Source of the DNA: Malacoraja senta
Lineage: Eukaryota
Assembly (NCBI GenBank): GCA_038087875.1
Contig: CM075988.1
Location: forward strand, 20,462,001-20,526,000
DNA: 64,000 nucleotides
Reading direction: 5' to 3'
Part shown: positions 1 through 13,089 of the stretch, piece by piece
How the letters are laid out: every line of letters begins with the position of its first letter
How positions within the stretch are numbered: the stretch's first letter is position 1
The notes under the pieces: generated by a model
Told to the model about the DNA's origin: nothing
Databases searched by the model: none
The model's input: the letters and a program-made list of their open reading frames with translations, nothing else
Made by a program: the position numbers and the translations under genes

Positions 1-194
1 GAATTCCACAGATTCACCACCCTCTGACTAAATATATTCTTCCTCTCCTCCTTTCTAAAGGTACGTCCTTTCATTCTGTGGCTATGGCCTCTGGTCCTAG
101 ACTCTCCCACCCGTGGAAACTAGTGCTCATTTGTTGTATATCCATAACTGAGAGTGATTGATATTTGTGAATTGAAAGAATTATGGAACAGGAG

Positions 195-661
195 ATCAAG
201 GGCATTACTATAGTGAGAGGGGGAGAACATAATGGAGATGTGTGGGGCGACTTTTTGTACACAGAGGGTGGTGGGGCCCTGGACCACATTGCCAGGGGTG
301 GTGGTGGAGGCAGATATGATAGTGGTGTATGAGGCCTTTATGGGCCTGTCCCACTTAGGCGATTTTTTGGGGCGACTATAGGCGACTGCCGCAAAATTTT
401 CAACATGTTGACATTTTTTCGGCGACAGTGGCAACAATTTTTGCTCTCATAGGTTGTCGTAGCTTGTCGCCAGGTGTCGTAGGTGAATTCCATTAAAACT
501 AGTCCCTGGCAGTCGCCTAAAGAGTCGCCTAAGTGGGACAGGCCGTTTAGATAGGCACATGGAATGGAGGGATGTGGACCACTTGCAGGCAGATGAGATC
601 AGTTCAGCTGGGTATCATGTTTGGTACAAACATTGTTCCTGTGCTGTACTGTTCTATGTTC
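195..661 (+). mobile_element. CR1/HER1-type LINE 3' fragment, interrupted by a MITE
   Basis: Carries FTQRVV-type 3' coding remnant and a CR1-like 3' UTR ending TGTTCTATGTTCT; split at 341-546. Confidence 0.7.
341..546. mobile_element. Non-autonomous PIF/Harbinger-type MITE (~206 bp)
   Basis: TIR GGCCTGTCCCACTTAGGCGA / TCGCCTAAGTGGGACAGGCC; TTA at 338-340 and 547-549 (3-bp TWA TSD). Confidence 0.85.
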
Positions 662-2669
662 TGTGTGTAGAGAATGGGTGAGGCACAGGATCAGGCAAGA
701 TCTTATCAAGTGGCAAAGAAGCTCGTGTTCCTTCTGAATTAAACCCAATGCACTCGTTTGAAAACAAACAAGATAAGACAACATTTAAAACTGTTTGTCT
801 TAACTTTTCCCATCCCCTATTGTGAATGTATCATTGACCCCAAGTGAAATTTGAGAATGAAGGGAAGAAATTGTTGGTTCCATTTTTGATTATTACATAT
901 AAAAAAATAATACTTCCATTCAACATGTCTTCAACAGAATTAAGCATATTCAGTCATACGGTATGGAAACAGGCCCTTTGGCCCAACTTGCCCACGACCA
1001 AAATACCCATCTTAGCCATTTGCCCATATTTGGCCCATACCCATCTAAACCATTCCTATCCATGTATCTGTCCAAATGTCTTTTAAATATTGTATATTTG
1101 CTGCAAACTGTATATATTTTTTTCAAACTATATTTAAATATTTTTAAGTGTTATTTAAAGTTTGCTTATTGTCAAACTCTTTATCTAATTTCCTCAGTCT
1201 ACTAGAGGCAGCTCTCACATTCTGACTTCAGAAGCTGGTTTCATACTCTGTCATAGTACAATCTGCAGCTCCTCAATTACAAGATTAATTAACTCTTTCA
1301 TTGCACAATACCAGTCCTAAGGTGTTCCCTCAGCGGTTCACTCAATGATTCCTCAAGAAACTGAAGTCACAGAAACTGCAGGTAATGGAATGAAAAGCAA
1401 AAAAACGAAGTGTTGGAGGAACTCAACAGGTCAGGCAGCATCTGGGGAGGGAATGGAGAGGCGATGTTTCGGATCGAGACCCTTCTTCAGCTTGAATCAC
1501 GAAAGCACAGTTTAATACATGATCGTTGCAGGAAGGAACTGCAGATGCTGGTTTAAACCAAAGATAGACACAAAAAGCTGGAATAACTCAGTGATAACTC
1601 AGAATAACTCAGGACAGGCCTGCTTAATACATGACCTGACAGTGGAGTCCCATTGTACTAAGAAGCAGAATGGCCAATGCAGGTTTCTGGATAGCTTGAT
1701 ATAAAGGATGTCTGAAATTAATGACACATATGCTTTCTTGGAATTTTGTGCAGAAATGCACGCTCTTTCACTTGATTAGATTTTCCTTGAAACAGAACAT
1801 GTACAAGCTCTGCAGCAGATGAAGATTTGAGCGACCAGCTGGCAGACTGACTTGTTTATTGATGTGGAGATTGCCACAAAGTGGGCTGAGCATTCTTCCG
1901 TGAAATCAGAACATCTTGGGACCAGTCTGCCAGCTTGATCATGGGTTAGAGCAAAGATGTTGCTTAACATTGTCAGATACATCTGTTCTTGGATGTTTGC
2001 TACGCAAGACCTGAATTTATTGAATGTTGACACTGGAAATGTAAACCATCTCATAGTTTCCAGAGTGTGTTAATATTTGATCTTCTTTCAATTAAGTTGA
2101 TGTATTGTGGGATGTTAATTTCAGCACCATCTCTGGCCCACTCTCAGCTTTTCATCATTCACTGCTCTTGCGTTACATCACCAGTGTTTGGGGGATTTAG
2201 CAGGCGTATTTATGTAGTAAGCGTGTACCTATACCAGAATATTAACCTGTGTGTGGTAACCACGAAATGATGCAATATCCTTGTGGCCTCCAAATGCTGC
2301 ACTTGAAGAACATTGAAAACAAGTCTTGCTCAATAGCTTGCAAACTTCCAAATTACAACCTGAAATGTATCCAGAGACTTTGGCTGCAGAATAAATTAGT
2401 TGGTCTTTAGGAGTAATGGTATATATATTTGTGTCTAAATTTGAAAGAGCCACAGTGTTATTGAGCAGAAATTGGGAGAAAGAAAAATCAACTGACCAAA
2501 AAGGGATGGTGTTGGTGTTGGTCTATTATTGTCATGTTTAGTTAGTTCAGTTTAGTTCTGGTGACCCTTCTCTAATGGGACCAATTCACTTGGGAAAAAC
2601 CTATTCACTTGATAATCGCAATGGCTCCCACTCTCTTGATGTGGATACGAAGCTCTGAAGAGCTGACAA

Positions 2670-2967
2670 CTTTAGACTTTAGACATGCAGCAAGGAAGCA
2701 GGCCCTTCGGTCCACCGAGTCCACACTGACCAGCGATCCCCGCACTCTTACACTATCCTGCACACACTAGGAACAGTTTACAATTTCACCAAAGCCAATT
2801 AACCTACAAACCTGTACGTCTTTGGAGAGTGGGAAGAAACCGGAGCGCCCGGTAAAAACCATTGCCGTCACAGGAAGAATGTACAAATTCTGATCCTTGG
2901 TCAGAATCAAACCTGGGTCTCTGGTACTGTAAGGCAGCAACTCCATTACTGCGCCTCCGTGCCACCC
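2670..2967 (-). mobile_element. HE1-like tRNA-derived V-SINE
   Basis: tRNA-like head, V-core GGTTT..TCCCAC and CR1-type tail, on the reverse strand. Confidence 0.85.
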
Positions 2968-3109
2968 CCGTGTATCGAGATACAGTGAAAAACTTTTATT
3001 GTGTGCTACACATTGAAATCATACTGTGGTTGTAGGAAAGTTGCTATTCCTGCACCTGGTGATGTGGGACTTCTGGCTTCCAAACCTCCTGCCTAATCGC
3101 AGCAGTAGG

Positions 3110-3753
3110 AAGTGTTTAAGAAGGAACTTAAACACTTCAGTCTGGAAAATCGAAGGTAGACAAAAGTGCTGGAGAAACTCAGCGGGTGCAGCAGCATCTA
3201 AGGAGCGAAGGAAATAGGCAAAGTTTTGGGCCGAAACCATTCTTCAGACTGATGTAGGGTGGGGGGGGGGGGGGTGGTGGGGGGATGGGGAGAAGAAAGG
3301 GAAAAAAAAGGAAGAGGAGGAGCCCGAGGGCTGAGGGAGAGCTGAGAAGGAGAGGAGACCGCAAGGGCTACCGGAAATTGGTGAATTCAATGTTTATGCC
3401 ACTAGGGTGCAGGCTGCCCAAGCGGAATATGAGGTGCTGTTCCTCCTATTTCCGGTGGTGCTCACTCTGGCCATGGAGGAGGCCCAGGACAGAGAGGTCG
3501 GATTCGGAATGGGAGGGGGAGTTGAAGTGCTGAGCCACAGGGAGGTCAGGTTGGTTAATGCGGACCGAGCGGAGGTGTTCGGCGAAACGATCGCCAAGCC
3601 TACGCTTGGTCTCACCGATGTAGATCTACTGACATCTAGAGCAGCGGATGCAATAGATGAAGTTGGAGGAGATGCAGGTGAACCTCTGTCGCACCTGGAA
3701 CGCCTGCTTGGGTCCTTGAATGGAGTCGAGGGGGGAGGTAAAGCGACAGGTGT
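3110..3753 (-). mobile_element. Penelope-like element 3' portion (GIY-YIG plus terminal unit), inserted in a Rex-Babar fragment
   Basis: GIY-YIG coding relic, pyrimidine-rich 3' UTR and hammerhead-like motif near 3220-3247; Rex-like sequence flanks it at 3020-3110 and 3755-3990. Confidence 0.85.
3368..3753 (-). pseudogene. GIY-YIG endonuclease domain of a Penelope-like element, two premature stops
   Basis: Manual minus-strand translation: QRFTCISSNFIYCIRCSRCQ*IYIGETKRRLGDRFAEHLRSVR...VAQHFNSPSH...RK*EEQHLIFRLGSLHPSGINIEFTNFR*. Confidence 0.9.
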
Positions 3754-4695
3754 GGTAGGAAGCCTGGATGGTGGGAATCCTTGATGATAGATGCCGGCTT
3801 CGTGAGGCAACGCCTCATGTAGATACTTTTGATAGTGGGGAGGGCTGAGCTCACTTGCCCACAGTCCTCTGCATCTTCATCTGTTGCTGTACCAAGGCCA
3901 TGGTGTGACCATTCAGAACACCATTAGTGGTTTGTTACTGTATTTGGTGAAATACTGAACCTCTTTAAACTCCTAGGAAAATCGAGGTGCTGGCACGCTT
4001 ATATAATTATACAAATCATTCTATCAGATCACTGATTTCTGTAGACGAAGCTGGAGACACAAACAAACAACTTTCTCTGTAGAAGAATAAGAAATTATCA
4101 TCGGGACCACCAAGTGAATACTCCAGCATCTGCTCCCATGATTATATTGTGTGTTGGCAGCCTCATTGACCTCTCAACCTAACCCATAGGTCAATATTTT
4201 GACTGAAGCTATTAAGTGAAGAAGGAACATTACAAAAACTGTATCGGTTTTTATTTTAGAAATGTTCCGTACACTGGAAATCCATTCCATCACCCACTGT
4301 GACTTGGTTTTCATTGATACGTCAGAGTGCTTTGCAACTGCATAGTTACTGGGAAACCCTACCCAGGATGTGCCTCCATTAGGAAAGAGTGTTGTAACCA
4401 CAAAACTGTTGGACTTCTCTCTGCTTAACTCCACTTGTAAAATGTATGGAGTATTGAAGACCAGGCACCATTTGTGTGCCAAGATTATGAAATATGTCTG
4501 AGCTAGTTTTGCAATGGGACTTGCGTCATTGTCCATTAATCAGCAAGGGTTGTGTGAAGTCGTCACAGACTGAAAATATGACTTTGATTGTTTTAATACC
4601 AATGCCTCTCTTCCACACAGGAGGGTGAAGTCTTCAGGTACAAACAGGCAGTAGCCGTTTTCAAAAACAGTTTTATACAATTACCCTCAGAATAC

Positions 4696-4993
4696 GGGCG
4701 GCACGGTGGCACAGCGGTAGAGTTGCTGCTTTACAGTGCCAGGGACCCGGGTTTGATTCGAACTACAGAGTTTGTACCACCCCCCGTGAGCTGCCTGGGC
4801 TTTCTCCGGCTGCTCTTTTTTCCTCTCATACTCCAAAGACCTACAAGTTTGTAGGTTAATTGGCATTCGGTAAAAATTGTAACTTGTCCCTAGGGTGTAG
4901 GATAGTGCTCCTGTAGGGGGTGATCACTGGTCGATGGGGACTCAGTGGGACAAAGGGCCTTTTTCCATGCTGTATCTCTAAACCAAACTAAAC
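4696..4993 (+). mobile_element. HE1-like V-SINE, full length
   Basis: GGGCGGCACGGTGGCACAGCGG (A box), GGGTTTGATTC (B box-like), V core and (CTAAA)n tail. Confidence 0.9.
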
Positions 4994-5699
4994 ACAACAT
5001 TGATGGTGAATTGCACGGTGGAATGAGGGAAAGCAAGGCATTTGAAAACAACTCCATTCCACATGTTCCATCATGGGAGGTTTTACATTCAAAGGATATA
5101 ACAAAATTCAATCACTGCAGTCTTTACAAAATACTCATAAAATAGAACAGATTTTGACAGTGCTTTTATTGTAGACCAAAAAGTGTCAGTATCCTTATCA
5201 ATTAATAAGTAAGCTACATTTATCAACAATTTCTTCCCATCAAAATATACAATGTTGGGGACATCCTAACTTGTAATATAAGTGAACTTGAAATCGATAC
5301 AAATAAATGTTCTACTTCATTCACTTATTATTATCCATTAGCTGCGCATGATTAATATGTGCTCAGCTAATGGATAATGTTAAGCGGACGTTATCCATTT
5401 GTGTCAGGTTCGGGGCGTCGGTACGCCTTACTGGCGCATACCATCACTGAGAAAAGAGTGGATTTGGGGTTGGAGACATCCTAGACTGTAGATGCAGGAA
5501 TCCTGAACAAAAGAAATCTGTTGGAGGAACTCAGCGGGTCAGGCATCGTCTGCGGCGGCAAGGGAACAGACAACGATTCAGGTCGGGCCCTTCTTCAGAC
5601 CTTCAATCCCTCCATAGATGTTACCTGATCTGTCGAGTCCCCCCAGCAGTTCAGAGCATGAGTTTGCAGGGGATTTCACTCAGTCAAACACATTGCCAC

Positions 5700-5915
5700 T
5701 CCCACTCGATGCGGGAGAAGAACAAAGAACAGGGAAGAGATAAGACTTTTGCCTTCCATCACAGTGAGGAGGTGTTTGGAGATTCACTGTGATGGATGTT
5801 TGTGTGGAACTGTGTTAATTGTGTGTGTTGTTTATTTTATTGTTATGACTGCAGGGAACGAAATTTCGTTCAAACCTCTGTCTGTTTGAATGACAATAAA
5901 GGCAATTTGTATTTG
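5700..5915 (+). mobile_element. 3' part of a bipartite Rex-Babar-derived non-autonomous element
   Basis: TTGCCTTCCATCACAGTG (LPSITV) with TCCATCACAGTGA..TCACTGTGATGGA hairpin, AATAAA and ATTTGT tail; homologous to 40465-41200. Confidence 0.7.
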
Positions 5916-6826
5916 TCTGAGAGGTGCGGTTGGATGAAAATTGGGAACGGGGTCGGGTGTGGTTTTGTGCACTTTTCTAACAGTCACAAACACTGAATCA
6001 TAACTGCAAAGTCAGCAATGTGCATTTGCTGTGAAGCTTTTTGTAGCCATTTTGTAGTTTTGTTTAATCGATTTATGCAATCTCACATGACCTTGAACAT
6101 GCCCCATTTACACATAAGCGAGAATGTCCAGGAAAAATATTCCATGGAGGACGAGTGTGGAATAGATCGGTGTAAGACTCACCAAGACCCCTCTTTCCAA
6201 TGCTTAAAGCTAAATTTAAAAATAGGATCAGGACTGAGTATTTTCATGGATGTTAATTGGATGCAGAGACTCACAGCTGCAGCAAGAAGCTCATTGAAAT
6301 TCAGCGACACTTTCTGCTGTGCAAAACATTCATGTTGTACCAAACCTTTTGCATCTGTATCTCATATAAGAGAAACAAAGTGCTGCTTTATGTTGCAACC
6401 GGGCTGAAGAAGTCTCCTTCCTTTAAATAAAGGTTAATCTTTCAGAGGAGAAGGCTGAACACGAATGAAACATTCAACAGATTTCATTATCAACCAGTCA
6501 TGTATTCTGGGTTCCCATTTACCATTCTCCCCCTTGTCTGCTGTGCACGTGGCAGCTGGTAAATGTCCGCTTCTCTCCCCATATATTCCGTGTCCTTGCC
6601 TCTTTGCTCTGCCTGTGAAATGGGAATTTCACAACCCTCAGACGTGTAATATCAATACCTCGCTTGTAAAAGCAGGGCCATTTTGACAAAAGAAATGCTC
6701 TTAGTGAACAGCCTGACACAAATGGTGAGCAATCACCTGGAAATGGTGTCACGTCACACCCGCTTTTCAATGAGTCTTGCCCGTGCATCCAACCATAAAT
6801 GTACCATTACTCTACACTGAGAGTAA

Positions 6827-7156
6827 TAGCCCTGTCTCACGGTACGAGTTCATTCCAAGAGCTCTCCCGAGTTTGCCCTGATTCGAACTCGGAGATTTAC
6901 GGTATAGGCCACTCGTCGGTACTCGGGGCTCTCGTGGACATTTTTCAACACGTTGAAAAATCTTCACGAGTCTTCCCGTGCTTACCTGCCATTAGCGAGT
7001 CTTCCCGAGTACCTGCTGTTAACGTTACGAACGCAAAGAGACGTCCCCCGAGCTCCGACATACCCGCTACGTTCATTCTCCGTGCTTAGCACGAGTTTGA
7101 TTTTTTTAAAACTCGGGAGAGCTCTTGGAATGAACTCGTACCGTGGGACAGGGCTT
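6827..7156. mobile_element. Harbinger-type MITE, ~330-bp family
   Basis: Long TIR (CCCTGTCTCACGGTACGAGTTCATTCCAAGAGCTCTCCCGAGTTT); TAA TSD at 6824-6826 and 7157-7159. Confidence 0.9.
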
Positions 7157-7662
7157 TAAGGATAGAGCGTAGAACATGGAACAGTACAGCACAGAACCAG
7201 CCCTTCGGCCCATAATTTGTGCCGAATGTGATGCCAAGTGAAATTGATCTCATTGCCTGTACATGATCAATATCCCTCCATACCCTGCACTTCCATGTTT
7301 CTATCTAAAAGCCTCTTAAACGCCACTATCATATGACTGAAGCTCCCTTCGCTCCCATCGAAGGGAAGAGCCAGACCATCTGCATTGTTGCCAAGTGAGT
7401 CGGCTTGAAGTCACTTCTCCAAGACCCGAGACAAGTCTTCAAGCAGGGCGCAGGGTGATCAGCTTGAGAGATCTGCTGCTAACAGAGATGGCTAGTCTCT
7501 TACCCAGATGTAGATCTTGACAGGACAAACAATGGTATGGCTGATCCCACATTATCTGAACCATTCCCTGGTTTTACTGCTGGCCTTTTGAACTTCCATG
7601 TTAATAGATGCTCACCAGCACCACAATTAGCACGTTCTCATATAAACATGAGCCATCCACCA

Positions 7663-8165
7663 AAACTGAATGGTACGAGCATGTTGCTAGGATTGAGTTA
7701 TAGAGAGGTTGGGCAGGCTAGGACTTTATTCCTTGGAGCACAGGAGGTTTGAGGGGTATTTATTGTTCATAAGTTCATAAATGATAGAGCAGAATTAGGC
7801 CATTCGGCCCATCAGGCTTACTCTGCCATTCAATCATGACTGATCTATCTCTCCTAAACCCGATTCTCCTGCCTTCTCCCCATAGCCCCTGACACCCATA
7901 CTAATCAAGAATCTATCTTATCTCTGCCTTAAAAAAATATCCATTGACTCGGCCTCCACAGCCTTCTGTGGCATTTAATTCCACAGATTCACCACCCTCT
8001 GACTAAAGTCAGTGATCTTATAGCGGTGTATGAAATCACAAGATAAATAGATAGGGTGAATGCGTAGGGTCTTTTACCCATAGTAGGAGATTCAAGAACC
8101 AGAGGAGATAGGTTTAAGATGAGAGGGGAAAGATTTAATGAAGTTGGGGGGCAACTTTTTCACAG
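7663..8165 (+). mobile_element. Old CR1 ORF2 fragment with a nested minus-strand CR1 3' tail (~7770-8007)
   Basis: RMLLGLSYRE-like and RGDRFK-like CR1 remnants flanking an inverted CR1 3' UTR. Confidence 0.65.
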
Positions 8166-8825
8166 TGGTTTCAACTATTCAATTGTTTCTTTATTATCAC
8201 CTGTACCAAGGTAGAGTGAAATACGTGTTTTGCATACAGCTAGCCAAGACTATCACCGCACATAAGCTCCCATCACCTGGTTAGTACAGAATTACAGAAC
8301 AGCCCACTGAGACTTCTGTGGACCTAATGCCATAGTGACGTGTGCATGGGACATGAATTCCATCTCTTAACCAAAGTTTACTTTATAATGTGCCTAATAA
8401 CATAGAGATGATTACAAAGAACTGAATTCGTTTTTACGATGTTAACATTCTAGCACAGAAAACAATGACTGGGATCATAAACCTTGTTCAATATGTTTAT
8501 AGGAAGTTATGATTTATAAAGCCTCTTTAAATATGCTTTTCATTTCTCCCTTTCAACGCCCTCTTTTCTAAGGTTCAGATCTGGATAAATGTTTATGCCT
8601 GGCACATTAATTAAGATTAATAAGATTATACTGCTTCTGACACATTGTGCATTTGTCATAATATTTTCATGAACCTGGTGTCTTCTGATGCCTGGGCTTA
8701 CATGATAAAAGAGAGAGGACAGTTTGAAAATCATATTATTCATCTGGTTGGACACAGTTTCAACACGAAAACCATTTTATATTTGCAAGAATAAATTTGA
8801 CTTGGATTTTTAAGTGTCGGAATAA

Positions 8826-9026
8826 AGGATTGTCCCACTTGGGCGTCATTTGCGCGTCACGCAGATGGCGCGCGAAGATTTTGTACATCCTAAAATCCTG
8901 GGGCGCCGCGCACGACCGCGCATCACTGCCCTATGTCATCACGCACCATGCGCGCGTAATGCGTCGTGACGCATAAATGATGTCGCGTAAATTACGCGCA
9001 AATGACGCCCAAGTGGGACAGGCCCT
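8826..9026. mobile_element. CpG-rich Harbinger-type MITE (~200 bp) inserted in a Penelope terminal unit
   Basis: TIR TGTCCCACTTGGGCGTCATTTGCGCGT; TAA on both sides; host GGAATAA|CTCAGC resumes after it. Confidence 0.85.
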
Positions 9027-9174
9027 TAACTCAGCAAGTCAGGCAGCATCTCTGGAGAAAAAGGATGGATGCATTTTGGGTTGGGAAATTTCCTCAGATT
9101 GAAAGTAGAGGGGAGGGAACTGGAGGTGGGAAAATGCCAGAACAAAATCAGAGCTGGGAACAGATGAACAAGAG

Positions 9175-9253
9175 GCAAGAGTGTTTTATTATCATATGTC
9201 CCAGATAGAACAATGTGTGTATGTATACACATACTCAACAAGTACACACACAC

Positions 9254-9309
<56 letters not shown>

Positions 9310-9660
9310 CGGACACACGCACACACGCACACGCACACATAAAAAACAAACAATAGTACTGCAATAATAAGAATAGTAGTCTATGTAGTTCAGAGCTTAA
9401 TTTGAGTTTGTATTGTTTAATAGCCTGTTGGCTGTAGGGAAGCAGCTGTTCCTGAACCTGTATTCTGTACCTTATTCCTGATGGCAGGAGTGAAATGAGT
9501 GTGTGGGCCAGGGTGGTGTCGGTTTCTGATGATGTTGGCTGCTTTTTTGAGGCAGCGACTCTGGTAAATCCCTTCGATGGTGGGGAGGTCAGAGCCGATG
9601 ATGACTGGGCAGTGTTCACAACTTTTGCAGTCTTTTTCGCTCCTGGGCGTTTTACGTTGG
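9175..9660 (-). mobile_element. Rex-Babar LINE 3' fragment containing a (CA)n microsatellite
   Basis: HTLISLLPSGIRYR motif of the Rex1/Babar C-terminus. Confidence 0.7.
9244..9338. repeat. (CA)n microsatellite
   Basis: Directly visible. Confidence 0.95.
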
Positions 9661-9964
9661 AGCCGGATACTACACTATGGGCTGGTTGCCCAGTATTACT
9701 GACTATGAATATATTGTATTTTTTATTATTGTATTTTGGTTTATACATTATTACGTTATGGACCTGTTAAGCTACAGCAAGTAAGAATGTCATTGTTCCA
9801 TTGTTGCTACCTATGACTCTTGAATGGCTGGGATTTAAAAAAATTAATTGTACATGGTTCAAGGCCAGAACTTTCATACTCTCTCCCATTGAGTGATAGA
9901 AAATAGGTACAAGAGAGGCCATTTGGGCCTTCGAGTGGAGTGAAGTTAAGTTGAATGACATCGC

Positions 9965-10135
9965 TCTCAACCTTGGTGCACTATTTGACTCTGAGGAGCT
10001 TTACACTTCATCTCCATACCCTCACCAACACATCACCTCAGTAACCTTGCCTGACCCCATCACTGCCTTAACTCATTGCAGGTGAACCTCTTCTCCATGC
10101 TTGCTACTTCCCAGATGAACCATTCTAACATTGCT
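9965..10135 (+). mobile_element. Degenerate L2-clade LINE RT C-terminal fragment
   Basis: Frameshifted remnants resembling LGVLFD..L.F..HI and TSRLDYSN motifs. Confidence 0.45.
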
Positions 10136-10659
10136 CGAACAGCAAAATCACTGATAAATGAGATTTGCTTTGCAGGGCCATGACCTTTACATCGAACAGG
10201 ACTGCACAGAAACAGGCCTTCGACCCACATTGTCCGTAGCGAACATGAAGCCAAGTTAAACTAATCTCAGAAGATAGACAGAAAATGCTGGAATATTGGA
10301 AGTTGGAAGGAAACTGGAACACCCAGAGAAAACCCACACGGTCCACAGAGAGAACGTCTGCCAAAAAAATGTTGGCAGATTTGTAGGTTAATTGGCTTCA
10401 GTAAATTCCCCCTAGCCTGTAGGATAGAACTAGTGTATGAGTTGGGCGCAGACTCCATGGGTTGAATAGCCTGTTTCCATGCTGTATCTCTAAACTAAAC
10501 TAACTAAACTAAACTAAACTGCATGAGTCATCCTCTCAGGTAAAGTGGTGCTGGCACATCCTAAAGAGTACGAGCGGGAAGGGAAAGAGGGTATAAAAGG
10601 GAATTGAAGGACTCCAGGGATGGCCGAGTAATAGGTAAAGGAATGGAAAGGGAGAAGGG

Positions 10660-11250
10660 TAAACTTGGAAGGTGGGAGATAATTGGGAGAAATGGAGATG
10701 GAACTCAAGTGGAATTGAGGGTGCTGTTCCTCAAGTTTATGTGGTGTCTTATTTCCGGTAATGGAGGAGGTCAACTGCGGAACAGGCGGAGGATGATGGC
10801 TGACCATAGTGGAGCATCACAACGGCTGGGAAGCGGATGAAGGCTGCAGCAGAAAAGGGTCTCAGGTCATTTTCTTGGACTCCATGCCACTGGATCCTGA
10901 CCCAGATCTGTCAAGGACCGCGGGGGTGGCTGTCTGTGCACCAGTCTCCCCATGTTAAACAAAGTCATGCACAGGCGTCCTCCATATGGGGAATGGCACC
11001 CTGGAGACACCCATGGTCAGCCACGACCGAAGGGGGCCTAAGAAGGAGGAGGTCCAGGACACAAATGTCGGTCTGGAAATGGGAAGAGGAGTGAAAATGG
11101 TTGGCAATCGGGAGTTCCAGTAGGGCGAGGCAGACCAAGTGCAAGTGTTTCGGTGAAACAGTCATGTAGTTTTGTCTGCCAAAGTAATGGAGGCCACATT
11201 GGGAGCACAGAATGTAATGGAGAATGCAACGGTTAGCTGAGTTCAACTGG
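10660..11250 (-). mobile_element. Degenerate Penelope-like GIY-YIG fragment
   Basis: CSQCGLHY...PIANHF.SSSH..TD.CVL and HKLEEQH remnants, homologous to 3368-3753. Confidence 0.75.
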
Positions 11251-12403
11251 CAAGTTTATTGATTGCAGCCGATGCACCTCTCATCCTATGTGTCGGGGCT
11301 TTGGGATGTCAGGGATACCACAGAAGAAACCTCATTCTTTGCCTTTGCCCTTGCCCATAAACTTCCCTGATGTTATTGAAGCAGACTGAGCAAATACTCA
11401 CAAAATGAGGCCCGTTACGAATCATTAAGCTGCTTTTTATCAACCACGGCAAATTATACTCACTTAGCTAAAGTTCGCCTTCCTTCCTTTCCGCCTAACC
11501 GTGGGAAAAGAACAATAAACAGCAAGGCTGGGCGCCATCCATGAACTGACTCTTGGGTTTCTCCTTTACTGTCAAATTATTTTCTAACTGCAAATAAGTG
11601 AGTGGCTGCCTGCATTCAGAGCCTGCAAAGCAAGGCCACTGACTGTATCCTCTCAGCTGGTGGGAGAGGGCTGAGCCCCCACCACTGCAGGTGGAGGTCT
11701 GTTTCTGCGGGTCTCACAGCAGTCCTGGCAGCTCAGTGCAAGCTCAGCATCAATTTCGGCAGGGCAGCCCCCATGGTTCGCTCCTTCTGCTGGTCACAAT
11801 CTAGAAACAAGGAACTGCAGATGCTGGTTAATACACAAAAGGTACACACAAAAGTGCTGGAGTAACGCTGGAGCATATGGATAGCTGATGTTTTGGGTCT
11901 TCAGAACTATCCTGTCCCACTGGTGAACCAGAGAATCCACAGTCCAGCACTGCCAATGTTAAAAGAGTCTCAGCAGCAGATAAGGGTCGCTTAAGGTCCA
12001 GGGAAGAAACAGGAGTGGAAAGCATATCCTTCAGTTTAGGTTTATTATTATTGCATGTACTGAGGTATGGTGAAAAGCTTTCCTTTGCATGCTATCAAAT
12101 CAGATAACACATGAATACAAACAAGTGAAACTCAAGTACAAGAGGTATGATGAACTACAAGGATACCTAGAAACAAAGAACTCCATTTGCTAGTGGACAC
12201 AAAGTGCTGGAGTAACTCAACAGGTCAGGCAGAATCTCTGGAGGACATGGGCAGGTGAAATTTTGGGTTGAGACCCTTCTTCAAACTGTTAGTAGGGGAG
12301 AGAAGAAACCTGGAACAGGGGAGCTTTCTACTTCCACCAACCCAGCTCCCTCTCCCCCAATCTGTCTGATGAAGGGTCTTGACCCAAAACGTCAGCTATC
12401 CAT

Positions 12404-12735
12404 GTTTAGTTTAGTTTTGTTTAGTGTAGTTAAGTTTAGAGGTACAGCATGGTAACAGGCCATTCGGCCCACCGAGTCGCGTCAATCAGCGATCCACGCA
12501 CACTAACATTATCCTACACACACTAGGGACAGTTTACAATAATACCAAGCTAATTAACCTACAAACCCCTGTATGTCTTTGGAGTGTGGGAGGAAACTGG
12601 GAGATCCCGGAGAAAACCCACATAGGTCTCGGGGGAGAACATACAAACTATGTACAGTCAAGCACCCATAGTCAGGATCGAACCCGGGTCTCTGGCGCTG
12701 TAAGGCAGTAACTCTACCGCTGCACCATCGTGCCA
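12404..12735 (-). mobile_element. HE1-like V-SINE inserted in a Penelope terminal unit
   Basis: Complete SINE; host CTATCCATGTT...CCAGAGATGCTGCC resumes after it. Confidence 0.9.
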
Positions 12736-13089
12736 CTGTTCACCAGAGATGCTGCCTGCCCTGCTGAGTTACTCCAGCATTTTGTTTCTATCTTCTCCAG
12801 AGATGCTCCCTGACCTGTTGAGTTATTCCAGCACTTTATGTCCTATTTTTTTATAACGATGCCTACTTTTCCCTCGCTTTGAGCCTTGGTGCGCAGAAAG
12901 GAAATGTTTCTCATAATATTTTCCTGGTATTGCAGGATACAATTGATGCTGACTCCAAACTCACAACACTCCCCCCTCCCTCTTCCAGGGCAAACCCTTC
13001 CATTTAATCTCTGTAACAGTCCCGCACTCATCATCTTCACTACCTTACTTCCCTCAGAAGCAAAACTTTTTTAGTCTTGTGAAAACTAG

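Noticed and set aside
1785..2450. Possible terminal exon after TTCCTTGAAACAG plus a 3' UTR
   Set aside because: All three frames stop within 18 codons, no recognisable peptide, and no upstream exon in the window.
3394..3810. 138-aa (minus) and 125-aa (plus) ORFs
   Set aside because: Off-frame and antisense shadows of the stop-containing GIY-YIG frame.
4696..4770. tRNA-like sequences with A and B boxes (many copies)
   Set aside because: SINE heads continuing into the V core; no complete cloverleaf.
9026..9748. 240-aa minus-strand ORF
   Set aside because: Runs through a (TG)n microsatellite and Rex/Penelope fragments; not a gene.
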